A stretch of DNA of 64,000 nt from Lama glama (lineage: Eukaryota), in NCBI GenBank assembly GCA_028534125.1, contig CM052817.1:108998001-109062000 (forward strand), given 5' to 3'. The notes below the pieces were generated by a model. It worked only from the letters and a program-made list of their open reading frames with translations, was not told where the DNA came from and did not search any database. The translations under genes and the position numbers were made by a program. Positions 28,026 through 42,114 of the stretch are shown piece after piece. Position 1 is the first letter of the stretch. The number at the start of each line of letters is the position of its first letter.

Positions 28026-28874
28026 ACAAAAAGGGCTGATTTTAAAATTGCACGACTTGATTTTCACCAACTTTAATAAGTAGAATACAGTACTGAAAAA
28101 GTCTCCTGAATCCCAAATTCTCAGGAACCCATCTATAGTCTTTTAAACAATGAATGTCCCCTCATAAAGCGTCAGTTGACTTTATGATTTTTATTCTTTT
28201 CAGAAGAAATTATATTTGGGAGGATTCTACCCTAGCAAAGGCTAGTGAACTCACTGAGAAATCACATCCCTTCTATCTCATGAGGTATCATGAAATCTTG
28301 ATAAATTGTTTAGCCTCCGGTGTATCTGCTGTTCTTTTCTTCTCTGCAAGAGTCCCTTCTTGGGAGATCTTAACACTGCTTCTCAACTCATCCTTAGAAA
28401 CCCATCAATAAGGACATCAAGGGCTCTAATCATTTCACGTCTTAAAAATAATCTCCAAATACCTCTTTGTAACATCCTTTCATCTCCTAATGATTTCAAG
28501 AAAGCATGTGCCTTCCACATTTCTACTTTATGATAAAGAATTAAAAAGAGAGATTTTCTAGATACATTTGCCATTATGTAGCCTGGGATTTAGCAACCAT
28601 GTCTTACTTAAACAAGTTGTGCAACGCCTGCCAGTAATCTGCGCTTTATCTTATCACGAGTACACCTTGCCCGGATCCCGCACTCTCCACCTTTATTGTG
28701 CTTCTGTCGGACAGGTGACCCTTCCCTTGTGAGCCTCTTGGGTTGTTCTAGCAGAACTTGAGAAAGCATAAATTTGTATGAAAAGAGGTATCTTTAGGAC
28801 CAGAGAACTACTTGGTGACTGAGGTGGGGAAAAAAACACCCACCTAATATGAAAATGTCATTTAGCTGAATTTA

Positions 28875-29078
<204 letters not shown>

Positions 29079-29247
29079 CTAACGAGATGAGACACAAAAA
29101 TTCCCCTTTGGTAAGTTCTTAAAGTAGCTTATTAAACACGGGAAGAAGGGTGACAGTTTTCCATGCACTTGAAATTCAGAAATTAAAGCATTCGTTCTTG
29201 GCAGTCCCAAGAGCTTAGCCATACTTCAAACAGAGGGCAATACTCAC

Positions 29248-29282
29248 CCAAAGTTGTTTCCTAAAAATGGGCAGCCACTCAT
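29248..29282 (-). CDS. TDO2: TDO2 exon 1 coding part
   Basis: Kozak-like CACC ATG AGT GGC TGC CCA TTT TTA GGA AAC AAC TTT GG|gtgagt, giving MSGCPFLGNNF(G). Confidence 0.96.
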
Positions 29283-29357
29283 GGTGACAGTGCAGTCAGA
29301 GGAGCCCTGAGCTCTGACACTGTGACAGCACTGAACTTCCCAGATGTTCTCAGCTGC

Positions 29358-29590
29358 CTTTTATGCACCTGCAGACCCGCCCCAGCCAATCAGCCTTCTG
29401 TGTCTCTTAGCCCATTTGCAAATGGTATAGAGGCTGAACTTCGGTAAACTTTAGAGCACATTTGTGTTTGGGACAGTCTGTTTGCTAAAAACATGAGCAT
29501 TCTGCCAAACTGAATAGTTGACTTGCCAAGTTCTGCTTTCATATGCAAAGTAACAAACATTAACTAAATCAATAGAAAAAATGTTAACTA
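29358..29590 (-). promoter_or_regulatory. TDO2: TDO2 proximal promoter
   Basis: TATA-like CATAAAAG (- strand, 29358-29365), GC box CCGCCC (about 29377-29382), CCAAT (29386-29390), palindrome CCATTTGCAAATGG (29412-29425), and FOXA-, NF1- and HNF6-like motifs further upstream. Confidence 0.7.
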
Positions 29591-31137
29591 TTCTATTCCA
29601 AGAACACCTGTAGCAAAATGTTAGCATATATAAGAGGATGAGCTTGTAAAAAATAAATAATTATTCTCTCCGTCTCAGATTTGGATATTCTTATGACTCC
29701 AAAGGCAATCATTGAACTTGAATGTCTCTGGGGAAAGAAATTCATTATATGACAGGCAGGATTTGTGCTTAAACCCCATTTCCATCCCATCTTCCCAGTT
29801 CTTCTGGCCTAAGTTTCATCTAATAATTAGCGGCAGTTAATTGTTGCGTTGGAACTTCCACAGACATGAACATTTTACTGGCCCCCTGTGGTGTACTGCT
29901 CACAGGGCAGTGGGAGGCATCCTACTTTGTCTGCAGATAATTTGAAAGCAATAATAATACACCCACAGTTCCAAACAATGTCAGTGCTAACATAGTCTTC
30001 CCAGAAAGCATTATTTATTGGTCTAAGTTCTGACCTGTTGCTTTGAGGACCAGGCGGCCAGGACAGAAGCGCCACCCCTCATCCTAGGTCCACCCTGTGA
30101 TGCCTTAGGAACCACCGGGGAGACGGCACTTCTGCATATTTCACGCTCCAGAGTTGTTGAGCTGTGTCTAATTTACCAAAGTCATTAGAAGTCAGAAGCT
30201 TCATTTCGAGTCTTGACTCTACCACTGGCTAGTTGTGGGATGTGGGAAAATTAATTTAACTTCTATACAAATAGACTTCTTCATCAAAAGAAATGAATGT
30301 ATTCAAGATGGACTGTAATTTCGAAAATCTTGATCCAACCTACAATTCTGATTTTTATGACTCTACAATAAGTTGTAGTGTACATGCAGTCTTGCAGCAG
30401 GATAAACAACGTGCAAATGTCGCAAGAAGCCTAGGAAATCGTCTAAGCCACATCCTAGATCCCTCATATTCCTTTTGGCTCTTTACAGATCCCTCTGGCA
30501 GTTGCTTCTACCCAGGACAGGGGTTTGTCAGCAGGAGAAGCAGTGCCCTGGCCCAGAGCCTTAAGAAAGAGCAAATATTTAATAGCTCCTCTTTCTCCAC
30601 TTGGTTATTCAATGCAGCAAGTGTTTACAAGAATAAAGCTAAATACTTTATTCTATTCTCATTAAGCCTTTCAAGTGAGAATTGTTCTTCACTTAATGGT
30701 CCACATACTAGTGGAAGAAATAAGGAAATGTTTTTTGACTATGAATTAGAAAAATTAAATATTTAAGATACAAAGATTTTCTTTCTTTTCTTTTTAATAG
30801 CATTCCACTTGGATCTCCTAAGTACTGTCAATTCCTTGGCTTGCCTGAGCAACACCAGAACTGATTACTCAAAGGTTTGAATTCAGAGCATCAGGGAAAT
30901 TATAAGTTAATGAGGAAAAACTTGGTTCCTTCAGCCAGGACAATAAGTAACAATCGCAACCCCTCAAACACATGTATTCCCATGAATTTTTGCAATAGAA
31001 AGTATTATGAAATGTATGACTGGTGATAGTCTGGTCAGTATCTTGCCGATGCTTACATGTTGCCTCTTGGGCACCAATTTGTCAATCGGATGTTCCCCTC
31101 ATATTGAAAATTTCTTCTTCATTATCAAATTTAAAAT

Positions 31138-31305
31138 TTCTTTTTTTTTTAAATTGAGTTACAGTCAGTTTACAATGTTGTGTCAATTTCTGGTGTACAG
31201 CACCATTCCTCAGTCATACATAAATATACATATATTTGTTTTCATATTCTTTTTCACCATGAGCTACTACAAGATCTTGAATATATTTCCCTGTGCTATA
31301 CAGTA
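31138..31305 (-). mobile_element. L1 3'-end fragment
   Basis: Poly-T then ttacagtcagtttacaatgttgtgtcaatttctggtgtacagc...ttccctgtgctatacag. Confidence 0.75.
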
Positions 31306-31954
31306 AAAACAGATTAAAAGTTTCTTTAACCAATATAGTGTTCACTGCTCCCAATACATTTTAGCTACTAGATATTTTATATGGACCTTCTAGAAGTATA
31401 CTTAAAATCAAAGAATCAAAGCTCAGGGTGAGACCTCAGGCACTACAGAAGATAAAAAGGGGAGAATGTATGAGTACATGCATGGCTGGTGGTAATCCTG
31501 TAGAGTCATTATGTCTCTTTACGCACACAACTCTGCGTACACGCAGATTACAGAAGGAATACTCGGCAGGCAGAGCTGGTGGATGAGCGTGCTTAGAAGA
31601 CACAAATCATGCCCAATTCTGAAAGAAACCCTAGAAAACATCTAATCTGTTTTAGAAGTAAAGACACTGAAAACCTGGGAGACACAATGACCTTTTTTTC
31701 CCTCAGATGTGTCATAAAAGAGTATTAAAAGAACATCCAAAATAAATTAAGATTTTTTTTTCAAATAAAAACCTATGTTTCTAGCTCTTTGTGATTTCTA
31801 AGACTAGGAGATAGAGAAGTGAACCCATGAGATAGAGCAAGAAAAGAGAATTAGCAAGAAGTGGGGGTGGGCTAGATTTACAAAGCGATGGGGGTTTACT
31901 TCATTCTTTCAGCCATTGCAGTGTTGATTTCTAACAGAAGCACCTGTAATCTGT

Positions 31955-32358
31955 TGTGGAATGTTCCATTCCGCCCTTCACATAACCCTCAAAGCTCGGA
32001 ACTGCTGCAGTCCCCCACCCCACCCTGCAACCCAGTTGTTCTTACTCAACGGTGAAAGACTGTCGCAGACACAGAAACATGAACCCAAGAGGGGAGTTCT
32101 CATGGATAAATGGCCCAGCATCCTATTTTTCAGAAGATAATTCTGAAGGCACCCTGCACCCTTCTCCAAATCTCTGGGAGGAATCCCCAGTTGTCTACAG
32201 CATTGATCTCGAAAACGAGTCCGATTTTGGCTTTTCCCCCTTCCCTTCCTGACTCACACTCCCTACCTCCTCACTATTTCCTGCTTATTTCCCAACTAAG
32301 TTCCCTCTGCTCAAACCCTTGTCTCAGGATCTGCTTTGGAGAAAGTCAAAATAATACA
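31955..32358 (+). mobile_element. ERVL LTR (LTR16-like)
   Basis: tggataaatggcccagc...ctcaaacccttgtctcaggatctgctttgg...taataca resembles the LTR16 terminus. Confidence 0.55.
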
Positions 32359-32814
32359 TCGAGGTCTTGTTCATCATGAGATGTAAAACATTTAGGAGCT
32401 AAATAGTTACTTTTTTGTTTTTCAAAATATTTTTCCTCTCCAAGCAAAGGAAGTTCTCCAAACACAGCAGCCATTCAATAATCCATTTTCCTTCATTTAT
32501 TTGATGTGATGAGTTGCCATTTGTTGTATAAAGTAGTAATTTGTTGCTGTTTTGTTGTTGATGATGTTTTGCTTCACTCCCATAGATGGGGATAAACACT
32601 TTAGCTGGCATTTAAACTTGTCATACAACCAGGAGCTTCGCAGTCTTTTTGAGAAGACTGGAACAGCCGTCAACAAGTAATGTTTGCTCAGTTGTAATTA
32701 TCATGGCCGGACCCAAGAAAAGACACTGACTTCAAGGGAAGGGGTACTCATGTTGCTAATTATGGATCAATTAAGGGTTTGTTTCTTTCCTCTGTGTGGG
32801 TTTAAGGTAACTAG

Positions 32815-35800
32815 TGTCTACCAAAAACAATGCACAAGGCTGTAATTGAGAAAAGAGTTTATTTGGGGTCTTAAGGACTGCAATCTGGGAGACATAGTTC
32901 TGGGTAAAACTGAGAGCGTTCTGGGAAGGAGGAAGTGTCAAGGGCTTATAAAACTAAAAAGCCTTGAAGTTGCTAATGTTTCCTGGTGAGAAGGTGACTG
33001 ACTCTGACTTGAGTGAGGAAATGCTTGTTCTTAAGGAATCACGAGTTGTTTCAGGGCAGGGACCAGATAAGAAGACAGACTGTCACAAGATATTTTAGGG
33101 TAAGTGTCTGATAATTATCTTGAGTTTCTGGCAGATGTTCTGGATGCCTTCCTTAGGACAATAAGTGGTCAAAAGGTCAGATCCCATCCAGGATAATGTG
33201 CATAATTCATACTTCCTTGATGGCTTCCTGGCCCCGTTTTAGAGCTCTCTCTTAGCAATACCAGCTCCGTTTTGATTTCCCCTCCATATTTCCTTCTTTT
33301 GATCAAGGTCTTTCATTACAAAGCATTGATGATCAACCATTTGGTTATTTGTCATTGGTACCAACTCCCTTGGCACTGGGAAGGCTCATTTCCAGAGAGT
33401 CATGTCCCACAGAGGAGGAAGGAGGTGGTTGTGTGAGAGGGACGCCTTTAGAGAGTTTATGCCCACAACTGAGCAGCAAGGAGCCACGTAGGAAGTGAGT
33501 CTCAGGTGGTGTTCAAAAGGCACGATGCTTCATCAGGGGGAATCTTACAGGAGCGGTTAGCCACCTCCAGACCCCAAACTACCATTACCCCTGTGGAGGG
33601 CATCATGACACAACAGCAAAAGATACAAAGCACAAACAGTTTAAAAACAACAAAGAGAGAATAAAATAGAACAAAGATTAGTATAACTAGTTGTAATTGA
33701 ACACAATTAGGCACCAAGAGGGGAGCTGGATGAAGATTTCTAGATGTCAGGGTCAAAGCATCTCTTGCAATGTCTCTGATGATATCATTGGGTGTTTAGG
33801 TAAACTTTCTGAGGGGCTCAGACAGCAAGAGGCAGGAAGGTTGTCTGTACATGAGATGTTATGGTGATTTCTCTGAAGTTTATATCACATTGCCCAATTT
33901 TAGTTTGCATGGCTTTGGGAAAATGGCAGTTTTAGTTCTCAGGGATTCCAAGTTTACAAAAAAACGGAGAGAAACTTAAAATGTTACTTTGATGTGGTAT
34001 ATTTATACAATAGAATACTATTCAGCCATAAAACAACAACAACAACATGCCATTTGCTGCAACATGGATGTCTCTGGAGATTGTCATTCTAAGTGAAGTA
34101 AGCCAGAAAGAGAAAGAAAAATACCATATGAGATCGCTCATATGTGGAATCTAAAAAAAAAAAAAAAAAAGAACATAAATACAAAACAGAAACAGACTCA
34201 TAAACATAGAATACAAACTTGTGGTTGCCAAGGGGGCGGGGGGTGGGAAGGGACAGCAGAATAGATAAACAAGATTATATTGTATAGCACAGGGAAATAT
34301 ATACAAGATCTGGTGGTGGCTCACAGCTAAAAAAAATGTTCATGTATAACTGAAAAATTGTGCTTTACACTGGAATTTGACACAACATTGTAAAACGACT
34401 ATAACTCAATTAAAAAATGTAAAAAAAAAAAAGTTTGGTTTGGAGAATCACAGCCAGATATTGGAGGAAACTGGAAGAATCAGGATCTATTCCAGTTTAC
34501 AAGTGAGCAACAAAACCTCAAAGACAATTAAGAGTCATAGCAAGTAATACTCACAAAGGTATATTACTGAAACATACTTTTTCTCTCTCAAATCATCCTC
34601 ATTTCTACCAAATATAGTCAGATTAAGGCTAATTTTTTTTGCAAAGTAAGTCTGGCTTAGAAAAGCTTGGCCTGATTAGTTACGTATGTATAACAACAAT
34701 AATGATTGACCATATAGGCTTTTTAAAATCTGCTTTGCTGGAACTTTTCATAAAGAATCTCAGATTGAAATTTTAGAGCCCTCTCAGGGCTGGAAAGACA
34801 ACTCAAGTTCCTACTATCAGACTTCACTTGCAATACCTACAGATCTGGGTGAACTCTTTTCTTGAGGTCCCCAAAATATCTTGAGTTTTCTGCACCTGCT
34901 AGGAAGTTACCTTTCTTACTTCGTTAGGCTGCTAGGAAAGTAGCAGGTGGATATTTCCAAGAGTCTTTACTGGCTCCATAAAGTCGATCTTAGTTCCTTA
35001 AAGCTGTCTGGCCATATCTGAGTCTATGCGTGTCTCTTTCAAATATGACACTGCAGTCAAAGCCTCGCTAATATAATATTTCTAGTTGTGTTCTGTTATA
35101 AGGAGAACAGATTTTTATTGAACTTATGCAAATAGCTATATTGCCATGAAAATAAGAATGATCACTAAGAGTTTCTGAATTCTGAAGGTATCTGTTAGGG
35201 AGAAAAAGATAAACGTGTCATCTTTGTTTACAAAGGTATACTTTATCAAATTGCTGCAAGTCACAGAAAGCTTGAGGAATTTCCTTAAATCTGGAAAAGC
35301 AAAGCACAAATGGACTGGCAAGGTTTACGTTGAAAATTCATAAATATTATAATCATCCTCATCAGTCCATTCAGTCCTATGAAATTCATTATTGATCTTT
35401 AGCTTTTGTTAGCAGTTGTATTAAGCCATCTGTTTCTTCGTTAGAGTTCTGTAGATTCTTACCCAATTCAATGGTATGATCTGAAAGTTTATCAGAAAAC
35501 TGTACTCTACAGTAAGTACCAGAGTCCCTTCCGTGAATCTCTTTGAAGATGAAGCATATTTGTAAAAGAATCAATGTAAAACCATAACTGACTATAAGTA
35601 ACAAAAGACTTAAAATAACGTCATTAAAGAGCTGATTACAATGCAATTGACAAAGGAAACTGGGCTATTACTTCTGTGATATACAACATTTTAAGATAAT
35701 AAATAGAATGAAGACTGATAATAGTTTTACCAGAACATATCAGATTTCTAGGAATTTCACAATTTCTGAAACACGTGTACACCTAGAGAAGGCGTAGCAC

Positions 35801-36750
35801 TACTTCTTATTTGATCATTATGCCCGTGTAATTTAACATAGCAAATAAACCTAGTTAACGTCTCCTTTTCATAAGTAGAGAGAGCAAATCTTTGAGATAT
35901 TTCAGAGGCCCTCTGAAACATATCTCAAAGTTAGTTCTGAGTCAAAGACAGTAGAATTTGATTTGGGGAAGTTTGTCAAAAGTATCAAAAATGTTTAAAA
36001 CACTTGGTAAAATAAGATCATAGGTCACTGTGAAGCATTGCTTACCTATCCGTTTAACCAGCAGAACAATTAAGACTTCCTAGGCAAATATAGAAGCTTA
36101 TATAGTTGTAAAAACCTTTGTTTTTCTAGACAGATTGCAATAAAGGTAAAGAAAACCTTTGTTTACAATTTCTTACTAAGACCAGACCAATTATCTAAGA
36201 AAACTTTCTTTTCACAGAGAAAAACAAATTTTAATTTTGCACCAGATTACTCTTGATATTAAAATTCATTTACTAAATTAAAATTATTCCAATTTTATCC
36301 AGATTGGCCACACATAAAATTCCTTTCTAAAGATTCCTTTTTCCCCAAACCTTTTACAACTTTCTACGTCCATTTTATTTGTCCCTTGTTTTCTTGCTTA
36401 TTTAGAAATAATCAGTTTTAAGTCAAAATCACTTTATTTCCCTTAACAAACTGCATTTCCATTCTTTATAACTTTTTAAAAAATTTCTTTGCATAAAAAG
36501 ATGTTTTATTTATTAATTTTAGGAGTTTTAATTACATATATTAATTAGAATTCTTAATATTTTGAAATCCTACTTTTTAGTAGAAATAAAGAAGTAAGCA
36601 ATTGTGAACTGTTACATGACTTGGTGAACTTATAAAACATTTTATAATTTTTAGAAATATATGTTACTTTATAGTACAACCCTTTAATAAGGCATAAAAT
36701 ATATATATTTACTCATATACCCAATATTTTTAGTCTCTCTGTGTAAGAGT
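32815..36750 (-). mobile_element. ERV1 (MER4-group) remnant: 3' LTR at about 32815-33288 plus non-coding internal sequence
   Basis: LTR-like segment followed by the reverse-complemented polypurine tract tttccttcttttgatca; internal motifs such as agccagatattggaggaaactggaagaatcaggatc are typical of MER4-group internals. Confidence 0.65.
33991..34432 (+). mobile_element. Younger L1 3' end nested in the ERV internal sequence
   Basis: gatgtggtatatttatacaatagaatactattcagccataaaa...ccatttgctgcaacatggatg...poly-A. Confidence 0.85.
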
Positions 36751-38619
36751 TCAGAATAACCCATTTTGTAGGTAAAGAGCTGTCAAGGCTCACACAGCAG
36801 AAGTATCAGGAAGGAGCCAGGGATGAGGGGAAATTTTTTAACCCAAGTCCACAGAATGCAGTATTTGTGGAGAAATGATTACAGATAAGTTCATATTTTC
36901 TCCTTTACTTTTCTTATTTATTAACAAGCATGAACTTTATAAAAATATTTTCATTGATATTTTAAATGTAAGTTGTAGCAATTTCAAACACAAGGTTATA
37001 AAAAATTACTTTTGCCCACTATCGGTGGTGTAATTTGTCATGAAACTCCAATAAATGTTTTAATATTCACTCTTGCCCTAGGTCAAACATGATATATTGT
37101 CATTTTAAATGTCCCCAAATCATGGTTTTCATATATAACTTAATAGAATTTTTTTATTAATATGGTATTTGTAAGTGAGAAATTGTTAAAATCATCTATA
37201 TAGTATGAATTGTATAAAAAAAACTGTATATAATTTTTATGTGTTACATAATTTTTAAAGCAACTTCATAATCAATCATCTAAAATCAATGATAAAAAGT
37301 TTAGAAATTTAATAGTCTGAATCATATGAAATGATTGCTTTGTAAGTCAGAATGGTTGAATATCAGCAATTTCATATGCTTCATCTTACTACTATTACAG
37401 TAATACTTAATAGTAATAAAATATTATTAAAGGCGGCTTGTGAGTGAGGAAAATTTGCAAAATGCTCAAATAGATAATAAGTCTGTTCTGTTCTTTCAAA
37501 AGGAAGAGGGAAGCAAATTCTGATGCTTCCAGGATAAACCTATATCTTCAAATATTCAACAAAATCTGCATAATAATTATTTGCAGAGAACCCAAGATTC
37601 CACACCTTGAACAACAGGTTGTGTAATTTTCAGTTATCATTTCCATCACTTCCAGCCCAAGTATCTCTTAATAAATCTGAACCATGGTGGCGAAATTCTG
37701 GAATCTCCCAAACTCTCGGTGCTTGGTGTGATCTCCCGGCCTCTCCAAACTGATGTCTTCCTGGTTCTTCAAATTAGCACTTCTGGCTTCTTTCCATCCT
37801 TCCGGAATAACCCCAGGTGGAGCACTGTCTTCCTTCTCCCCGGTGAGTCAACAAGCCTTTGTATTCAAACCCCTAGGCTCATTGGGTTTGTTTGTTACCC
37901 CTGGGTTTTCTGCCTGACACTCTCACTAGGCTGTATTTCCTCCAGGCAAGTACTGCGGTCCACCTCCTGGAATCTTCTGTACCCAGCACCCCCAGGGAAA
38001 CATGGACGCAACGGATGTTTCAGCAAAAGCCAGCCTCCTCTTCCCACAATGCTTTGTTCAGCAGAGTCAAAGACGAAGTTTAAAACTTCAGTATTTGGCA
38101 GAGAAGGAGCCTATTGGTAGCTTAGAAACGTGGGGATGAACAGGGATAACCTATGAAGAAAGTCAATGAGCTTTGTTGTAAAATTCTGAAGCCCAGGCCC
38201 TGTGGATTGCCCATTTATAGCTCATACTTGCACACGGGCAGGTCATGAAGTCAACAACTGGGCACCGTCTCAATAAAAGTTGTTCAGGTGCAGTTGAGTA
38301 TCTTCTGTGCATTTTGAATGCTGCTGTGTCCGAGATTGAATTGCTCATTCTCAAATAACTGACGAGTATTTGGGAAATGACTTGCACACATGGAGGGAGA
38401 AAATTCCCTAAGGGGAAAGAGAGAATAAGTATGTGACGTTTGTGACGCCTTCTCTGAGCCAGACACCGCGGGGGCTGTTTCAGGCATGTCAGTCCCCTGA
38501 GAGCCGGGCATGCGTCTGCGGGCCACTGACAGAGCCAAACGTAAACCAAAGACTCTCTGTTTCCTCTTTCTCCTGTACCAGCTGCCTTGGAACTCCCAGC
38601 CCTTAGACTTTAACAACAT

Positions 38620-39030
38620 TCTGTGAGATAGGAGAAAATATATGTTGGTCTCTGCCCAGAGCTCTCGACATCCTTGTAATTCTTAAGTGACAAGAGTACT
38701 AGGTAAAATGGATTAACAACAAGGACCGACTGTACAGCCCAGGGAACTAGATCCAATACCTTGTCGTAACTTATAATGAAAAAGAATATGGAAGTGAATC
38801 TAGGTGTGTGTATGTCTGACTGGTACATGATGTGATGCTGTGCACCAGAAATTGATGCCACATTGGAAACTGACTGTACTTCAATAAAGAAAAATGAAAA
38901 CAAAAGTAAACAAACAAACAAAAAAATCAAAAAACAAGAGTACTCAGAGCAGCTTTTGTCCTAATATCTGGTGTTTGACCCCAGCTCCTGACACAGCCCC
39001 TGAAACCCTGTAATTTGCTGGATGACTGGA
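38620..39030 (+). mobile_element. MER21-like LTR fragment interrupted by an L1 3' end (about 38701-38933)
   Basis: L1 3' motif flanked by the perfect TSD ACAAGAGTACT (38690-38700 and 38934-38944); host sequence tttgaccccagctcctgacacagcccctgaaaccc is MER21-like. Confidence 0.7.
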
Positions 39031-40454
39031 GTGTCTTTTTAAAAAGCCACAGAAATACATCAAAGGATTAGTATGAAATAGAACCGATTTGGGGAATCGG
39101 GTACTGAAAATCCAAAATACTGCTTTCCTCTCATCAGAGTCTTGACATCTCACCTGGGAAATCTTGGGTGGAAGAATTTTTCTGTGTCAAACGTGTAAAA
39201 CAAGGAAATACAGGGAGGAGACGTGCTGTGATTAAACAGCGTTCCTGGACGGGTGATGGGGTAGCGGGGTTTTCATCCAGAGGCAGGAGGACCATGTGGG
39301 TCCGGGGTCTTCGCTGGAGGAGTGGGAGTCTCTCATGTTCGTGGAAGGAAAATCTGAGTTCATCGTTTGTCGTTTCCTTTGCAGCAGCGAGTAAAACACC
39401 CAGCTTCGCAGGAAGTCATCACATGGTGCAAAATGACATGGACCATCTCTGAACGCGGTCCTTTGTTCTCGAAGCTGACTGACATCCTCCCTTTATCGTG
39501 ATGGCTTCTCGCAGCGCTGTCAGCCCACAGGGAACTGATTCCTTGTGACTTCAGACCCTCTGTTACTTACAAGATTCCTCTGACAGGTGTTTGCTTTCTC
39601 TCTGCGTCAGAGAGCAGATTTCACATCCTCCAAGGAGCAGATACTTACTTACTCATCTTACTCAAGAGGGACCCTATGAGTTCTATGAATTTGGTTTAAT
39701 GATATTATTACAGGATGGATTTGATCACTAAAAAAATAGGTTTTCTTAATGACCCTAAAAAGCAAGCAAACAAACATACAAACAAAAAGACTAAAGACTG
39801 TATACGACTTTGAAAATTGAAGACATCTTTCTATCCAACAATTAGGAGCATATGCTTGTAATTATAATCATTGTCAATCTTCCAGCAAAAAAAAAAAAAA
39901 CTTGTACAAGTAATTTCTAATTGACAACATGGGCTAATCCATAACGGTAATTGTTAACATGTATAGAGTTCACCCTGCAGCAGACGCGTTATCTGGTTTA
40001 ACTCGTGGACGACTTTATGAAATACCATTGCACTGACCGTAGGGAAGGAGAAGCCATACCTTTGCGACCTCTCCTGGCTACGCGCCCAGTTAGTGGTTGA
40101 GCGGGTCCATTGCCAGCACCATGTTGTTTCTACTCTGTCACCCTGCCTTCCGTTAATAAACTAACTTTGGCTCCTATGAGAGATTATTATCTCGATATTT
40201 GTTCAAACTGGTGGACGGAGTGTAACCAACCTGATGAATTATAATCATGGCCAGTTCTGTAAAAACAGACCGAAAAAGAACAGCAATTATAAGCTTTTGG
40301 TTAAGTTGAATTATATCTGACTTGAGGGAGTGAACACCTTACACCAGCAGAGTCCAGCAGCGTCAGCCGCCTGCGTTGGTGTCTGGGCTGAGAAATGTGT
40401 TTGTCCTGGTGGAGGCTGGTTTCAGCTTTGTGTTCAGTGAGCACTCAGGACAAT

Positions 40455-40914
40455 GTCCTTGGGGAGGAAAACGTGTCCCTCGACCCTCTAAGGGTCCCTG
40501 GCTGTGTCTGAAAATGAAACTGACAAAGACCAAGAGGAGAAAAGTGCGCAGATGTTGCTGGATTTGTACATGTACATGGGAGACTTCATCAGAGAATGAA
40601 GCCTTGAAGAAACCAGAGCAGGAAGCTCTTACATTTTTTAGACCAAGAAACAAGTCGTGTGTGAAGAAATGACAAGACCAAGGGGTTGGCGGTAGTAACG
40701 GTGAAGCAGTAACTGGGAAAGTAAGGGGGAGTGGAATCAGGCTTGTTTTCAGACTCCTCTGGTGACTTCTCTGGGCTGATAAGGATCTGACTGCAGGAAA
40801 AGGAGAATTTATTTCCTGCCTCAAGACAGAAAATGGGGAGCTTTTTTACATTTATGTAATTTTTTATATCAAAGCAGCATATTTGAGGTGATATACAGTC
40901 TGGACTTTCCTTCA
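40455..40914 (-). mobile_element. Probable ERV1 solo LTR
   Basis: ggggaggaaaa...aaactgacaaagac...aggagaaaag and terminal tcaaagcagcatatttgaggtg...ccttca; family assigned from recall. Confidence 0.5.
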
Positions 40915-40976
40915 TTATTGACTATTTGATCACCTTGGTTGTCCAAATTTGTTTATCACCTAACTCAACATTTAAC

Positions 40977-40979
<3 letters not shown>

Positions 40980-41014
<35 letters not shown>
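40980..41014. repeat. (CA)n microsatellite
   Basis: About 17 CA units. Confidence 0.95.
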
Positions 41015-41016
<2 letters not shown>

Positions 41017-41839
41017 GAACAATCTCGTTCACTTAGCGATTCTTTTGAAAATCCAATGTTTTCTTCAGGACAGAGGATCTATCAAATTAAAAGACCTCCA
41101 GGAAAGAATAGGTCTCTGCCTTTTTCGTTCTTCAAACAAGAACGTCATGTTGTAACACAGTATCAGCACAAACAGGCACCAAGTCAAGAATGAAAGTTAC
41201 CAGGGCTCCACTTCCCAGAAAGAACCAGTCACTGGGTCTTATGTGCCCTCGATTTTCCCATGTCTAGAAATCAGTTGTCTTTAATATTGTAAATTTAGGC
41301 AAATCTTTCTTTACTTCCACTGAAAAATGTAAATACGTGTATATTTGTCAATTTCTATTATGCAATCCCCCCCCCAGCAAAGACACATCCCTTCCGAAGA
41401 GCTGTAAGCAAACCGGTAAGTCTCACTGGACTGGTCGTTTTCACGCTGCTGAAAACCTCCCCCAGGACACTCACCCCAAAGGAGTCCTCTCCAACATGCC
41501 GCTCTTTCTCCCCCGAGCTCTGTACCACGGGGAGCGAGAGACAGTCCACTCACTTCTTATTCCTGTTTTCAGACCCTTCTTCCTTTCTTCCTAAAAGCCT
41601 CCTTTCTCCTCAAGTGGCTCTTTGCTCAGAATCTTGCTCTACCCTCTCCTGTTTCTCAGTGATTTCACCTACCTGACTACTGTCATTCTCGTCAAAAGCC
41701 CTCCTCTGTGTGCTCTCAGAATACTCTGTGGATCCCACCAGCAGCCTGGTGGTCCAGTTCCCCAGCCTCTCCTTCCTGTCTCACGATCTTGAACCCACTC
41801 CCACAGTCAGCCTCTCCTGCAGTCGTCACTACGCCTGCA

Positions 41840-42105
41840 GCACCAACACAGTCGCTGTTAGACACTTGTGGCTACTGGACACGTGAAATGTGTTTGGTCC
41901 AAACGGAGATGTGAATGTGAAACATACACCAAATCTGGTAGAAAAATGGAAAAATGTCTCCTTAATACTTCTTACGTTGATTACCAGTCCAAATAACTCT
42001 TTAAACTATTTTGTTTCATAAGATCGATTATTAAAATTAATTTCACCTCTTTCTCCTTTTATACATCTACATAAGAACTTAAAATGACAACTGTGTCTCG
42101 TACTT
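41840..42105. mobile_element. MER3/MER33-like hAT-Charlie MITE
   Basis: gtggctactggacacgtgaaatgtg...attattaaaattaatttcacc. Confidence 0.6.
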
Positions 42106-42114
42106 TAGGTAGTT

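Noticed and set aside
29600..30960. Possible glucocorticoid response elements upstream of TDO2 (AGAACA and TGTTCT half-sites, AGGACAataAGTAAC)
   Set aside because: Only half-sites or poor palindromes; not supportable without conservation or ChIP data.
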